Source: Bacillota bacterium
Lineage (GTDB): Bacteria; Bacillota; Clostridia; Oscillospirales; Acutalibacteraceae
Length of the DNA stretch: 64,000 bases
Direction of reading: 5' to 3'
Assembly: GCA_023418995.1 (NCBI GenBank)
Contig: JAEZYP010000037.1
Span: 48,041-112,040, forward strand
The notes beneath the pieces were generated by a model. That model had not been told where the DNA came from, did not search any database, and saw only the letters and a program-made list of their open reading frames with translations. Below are positions 63,142 through 64,000 of this stretch, one piece after another (within the stretch, counting starts at the first letter, position 1; each line of letters opens with the position of its first letter). The position numbers and the translations under genes were made by a program.

Positions 63142-63654
63142 ATGGGACATTTCGGATTTTCTTACATTGGCTTGATATTTTTATTGATGCTTATCATTCC
63201 AAACCTGATATGGGCTAAAAGCCTGCCAAAAGGATACGCCAATCAAAACGAAGCAAGGGTTCTGGTTATTTTAGAACGAGTCGGCCAAATTTGCGTTACT
63301 TGTACAAGTCTTATCTTTTCAGATTTTAATATTCAAAGCTGGTCGGCTTGGAGTATCTGGCTGATCGCAGCCATCATTCTTCTGATTTTATATGAGTGCT
63401 GGTGGATTCGCTACTTTAAAAGTAGTAAGAGGCAAAAGGATTTTTACAGCAGTTTCTGTGGAATTCCGGTGGCAGGGGCGACATTGCCGGCAGTCGCTTT
63501 TCTTCTCTTGGGAATCTACGGTAAAATTGTCTGGATGATTTTTTCTGCCCTAATTTTCGGGATAGGTCATATTGGTATTCATTTGCAGCATCAAAAAGAC
63601 TTGGCTCATGAAAGCAACCTTCCGCGGTCAGAAACCTCACGCAAGCTTAAGTAA
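63142..63654 (+). CDS. Hypothetical polytopic membrane protein
   Basis: 170 aa with 4-5 hydrophobic segments. GGAAGGAG RBS. Confidence 0.55.
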   Translation: MGHFGFSYIGLIFLLMLIIPNLIWAKSLPKGYANQNEARVLVILERVGQICVTCTSLIFSDFNIQSWSAWSIWLIAAIILLILYECWWIRYFKSSKRQKDFYSSFCGIPVAGATLPAVAFLLLGIYGKIVWMIFSALIFGIGHIGIHLQHQKDLAHESNLPRSETSRKLK

Positions 63655-63755
63655 ATCGCAGGTGACTCTCGCCGTTCTTAAGTCGTGCACAACTCTATAG
63701 ATGATAGAATCTATCCTGAATATAAAATACAGAATTGTTACAGGAGGAATAATCC

Positions 63756-64000
63756 ATGCTTGATTACAGGTTTGACACTCAGCTATTAATTGAAGGAACC
63801 GGTCTTTCGGAAGACGCAATCAGTGACTACATTACAAATCATATTGAAGGTGACTGTCTGATCGCCATCGGCGATGATAACTTGATCAAGATTCACTTTC
63901 ATACCAATACTCCATGGATAGTGCTTGAATACTGCGCATCTTTGGGAGACATTTTTGATATAGTTGTTGAAAATATGGAACGACAGGAAAACGGACTGCA
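63756..64000 (+). CDS. YloV/DAK2-associated C-terminal-domain-like protein (partial, runs off the window)
   Basis: AGGAGG RBS. MLDYRFDTQLLIEGTGLSEDAISDYITNHIEGDCLIAIGDDNLIKIHFHTNTPWIVLEYCASLGDIFDIVVENMERQ resembles the ...GDSLVVV.D..VKVHVHT..PG.VL......G.L..IKI.NM..Q segment of YloV as I recall it. Confidence 0.4.
   Translation, partial: MLDYRFDTQLLIEGTGLSEDAISDYITNHIEGDCLIAIGDDNLIKIHFHTNTPWIVLEYCASLGDIFDIVVENMERQENGL

Noticed and set aside
1-64000. CRISPR arrays, rRNA genes, IS elements and transposases
   Set aside because: No regularly spaced direct repeats, rRNA-like sequence or transposase-like ORFs were seen on either strand.

Overview
The window looks like a Clostridia-type Firmicute chromosome, judged from gene content only. 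It has two parts. (1) 1-19423 is the right arm of a prophage, visibly more AT-rich than the neighbouring host DNA. It is almost all one minus-strand chain of short, start/stop-overlapping genes. From the left edge these are: TerL (runs off the window), TerS, an HNH endonuclease, a ~0.5 kb ORF-free structured RNA island with a tRNA-like gene, many small Cys-rich proteins, a RusA-like resolvase, a replisome organizer with internal iterons, a DNA methyltransferase, SSB, NinB-like and Erf recombination proteins, a PAPS-reductase/DndC-like enzyme, HTH proteins, an antirepressor and a Mom-like GNAT-fold protein. The arm ends with a divergent XRE repressor, a tyrosine integrase and a 28-nt tRNA-Ser 3' fragment (attR). 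(2) 19.4-64 kb is host DNA. It holds an AT-rich Cache-GGDEF diguanylate cyclase islet and a sugar locus (DUF5107-TPR giant protein, AraC regulator, AraFGH-like ABC importer, mutarotase). Next come divergent Ku/LigD, a 1.1 kb ORF-poor AT-rich gap, udk, and a partial polysaccharide cluster with a degenerate BY-kinase-like protein. After that are rqcH, nif3, trmK, small redox and zinc-ribbon proteins, a sigma factor and comM/yifB. The last block is a chemotaxis region: two tandem dCache MCPs, cheB-cheR-cheA, then divergently a FliK-like protein, an FlhB-C-terminal-like protein, CheW, PilZ, CheW and a sensor-less MCP. Four sigma-28/SigD-type promoters are readable in that region. I saw no CRISPR array, rRNA or recognisable IS element. 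The items most worth follow-up are the unclassified structured RNA island in the prophage, the prophage's three candidate DNA-modification enzymes, its face-to-face switch promoters, the DUF5107 sugar locus, and the PilZ-containing chemosensory module. All family names come from motif reading and memory. No searches were run.
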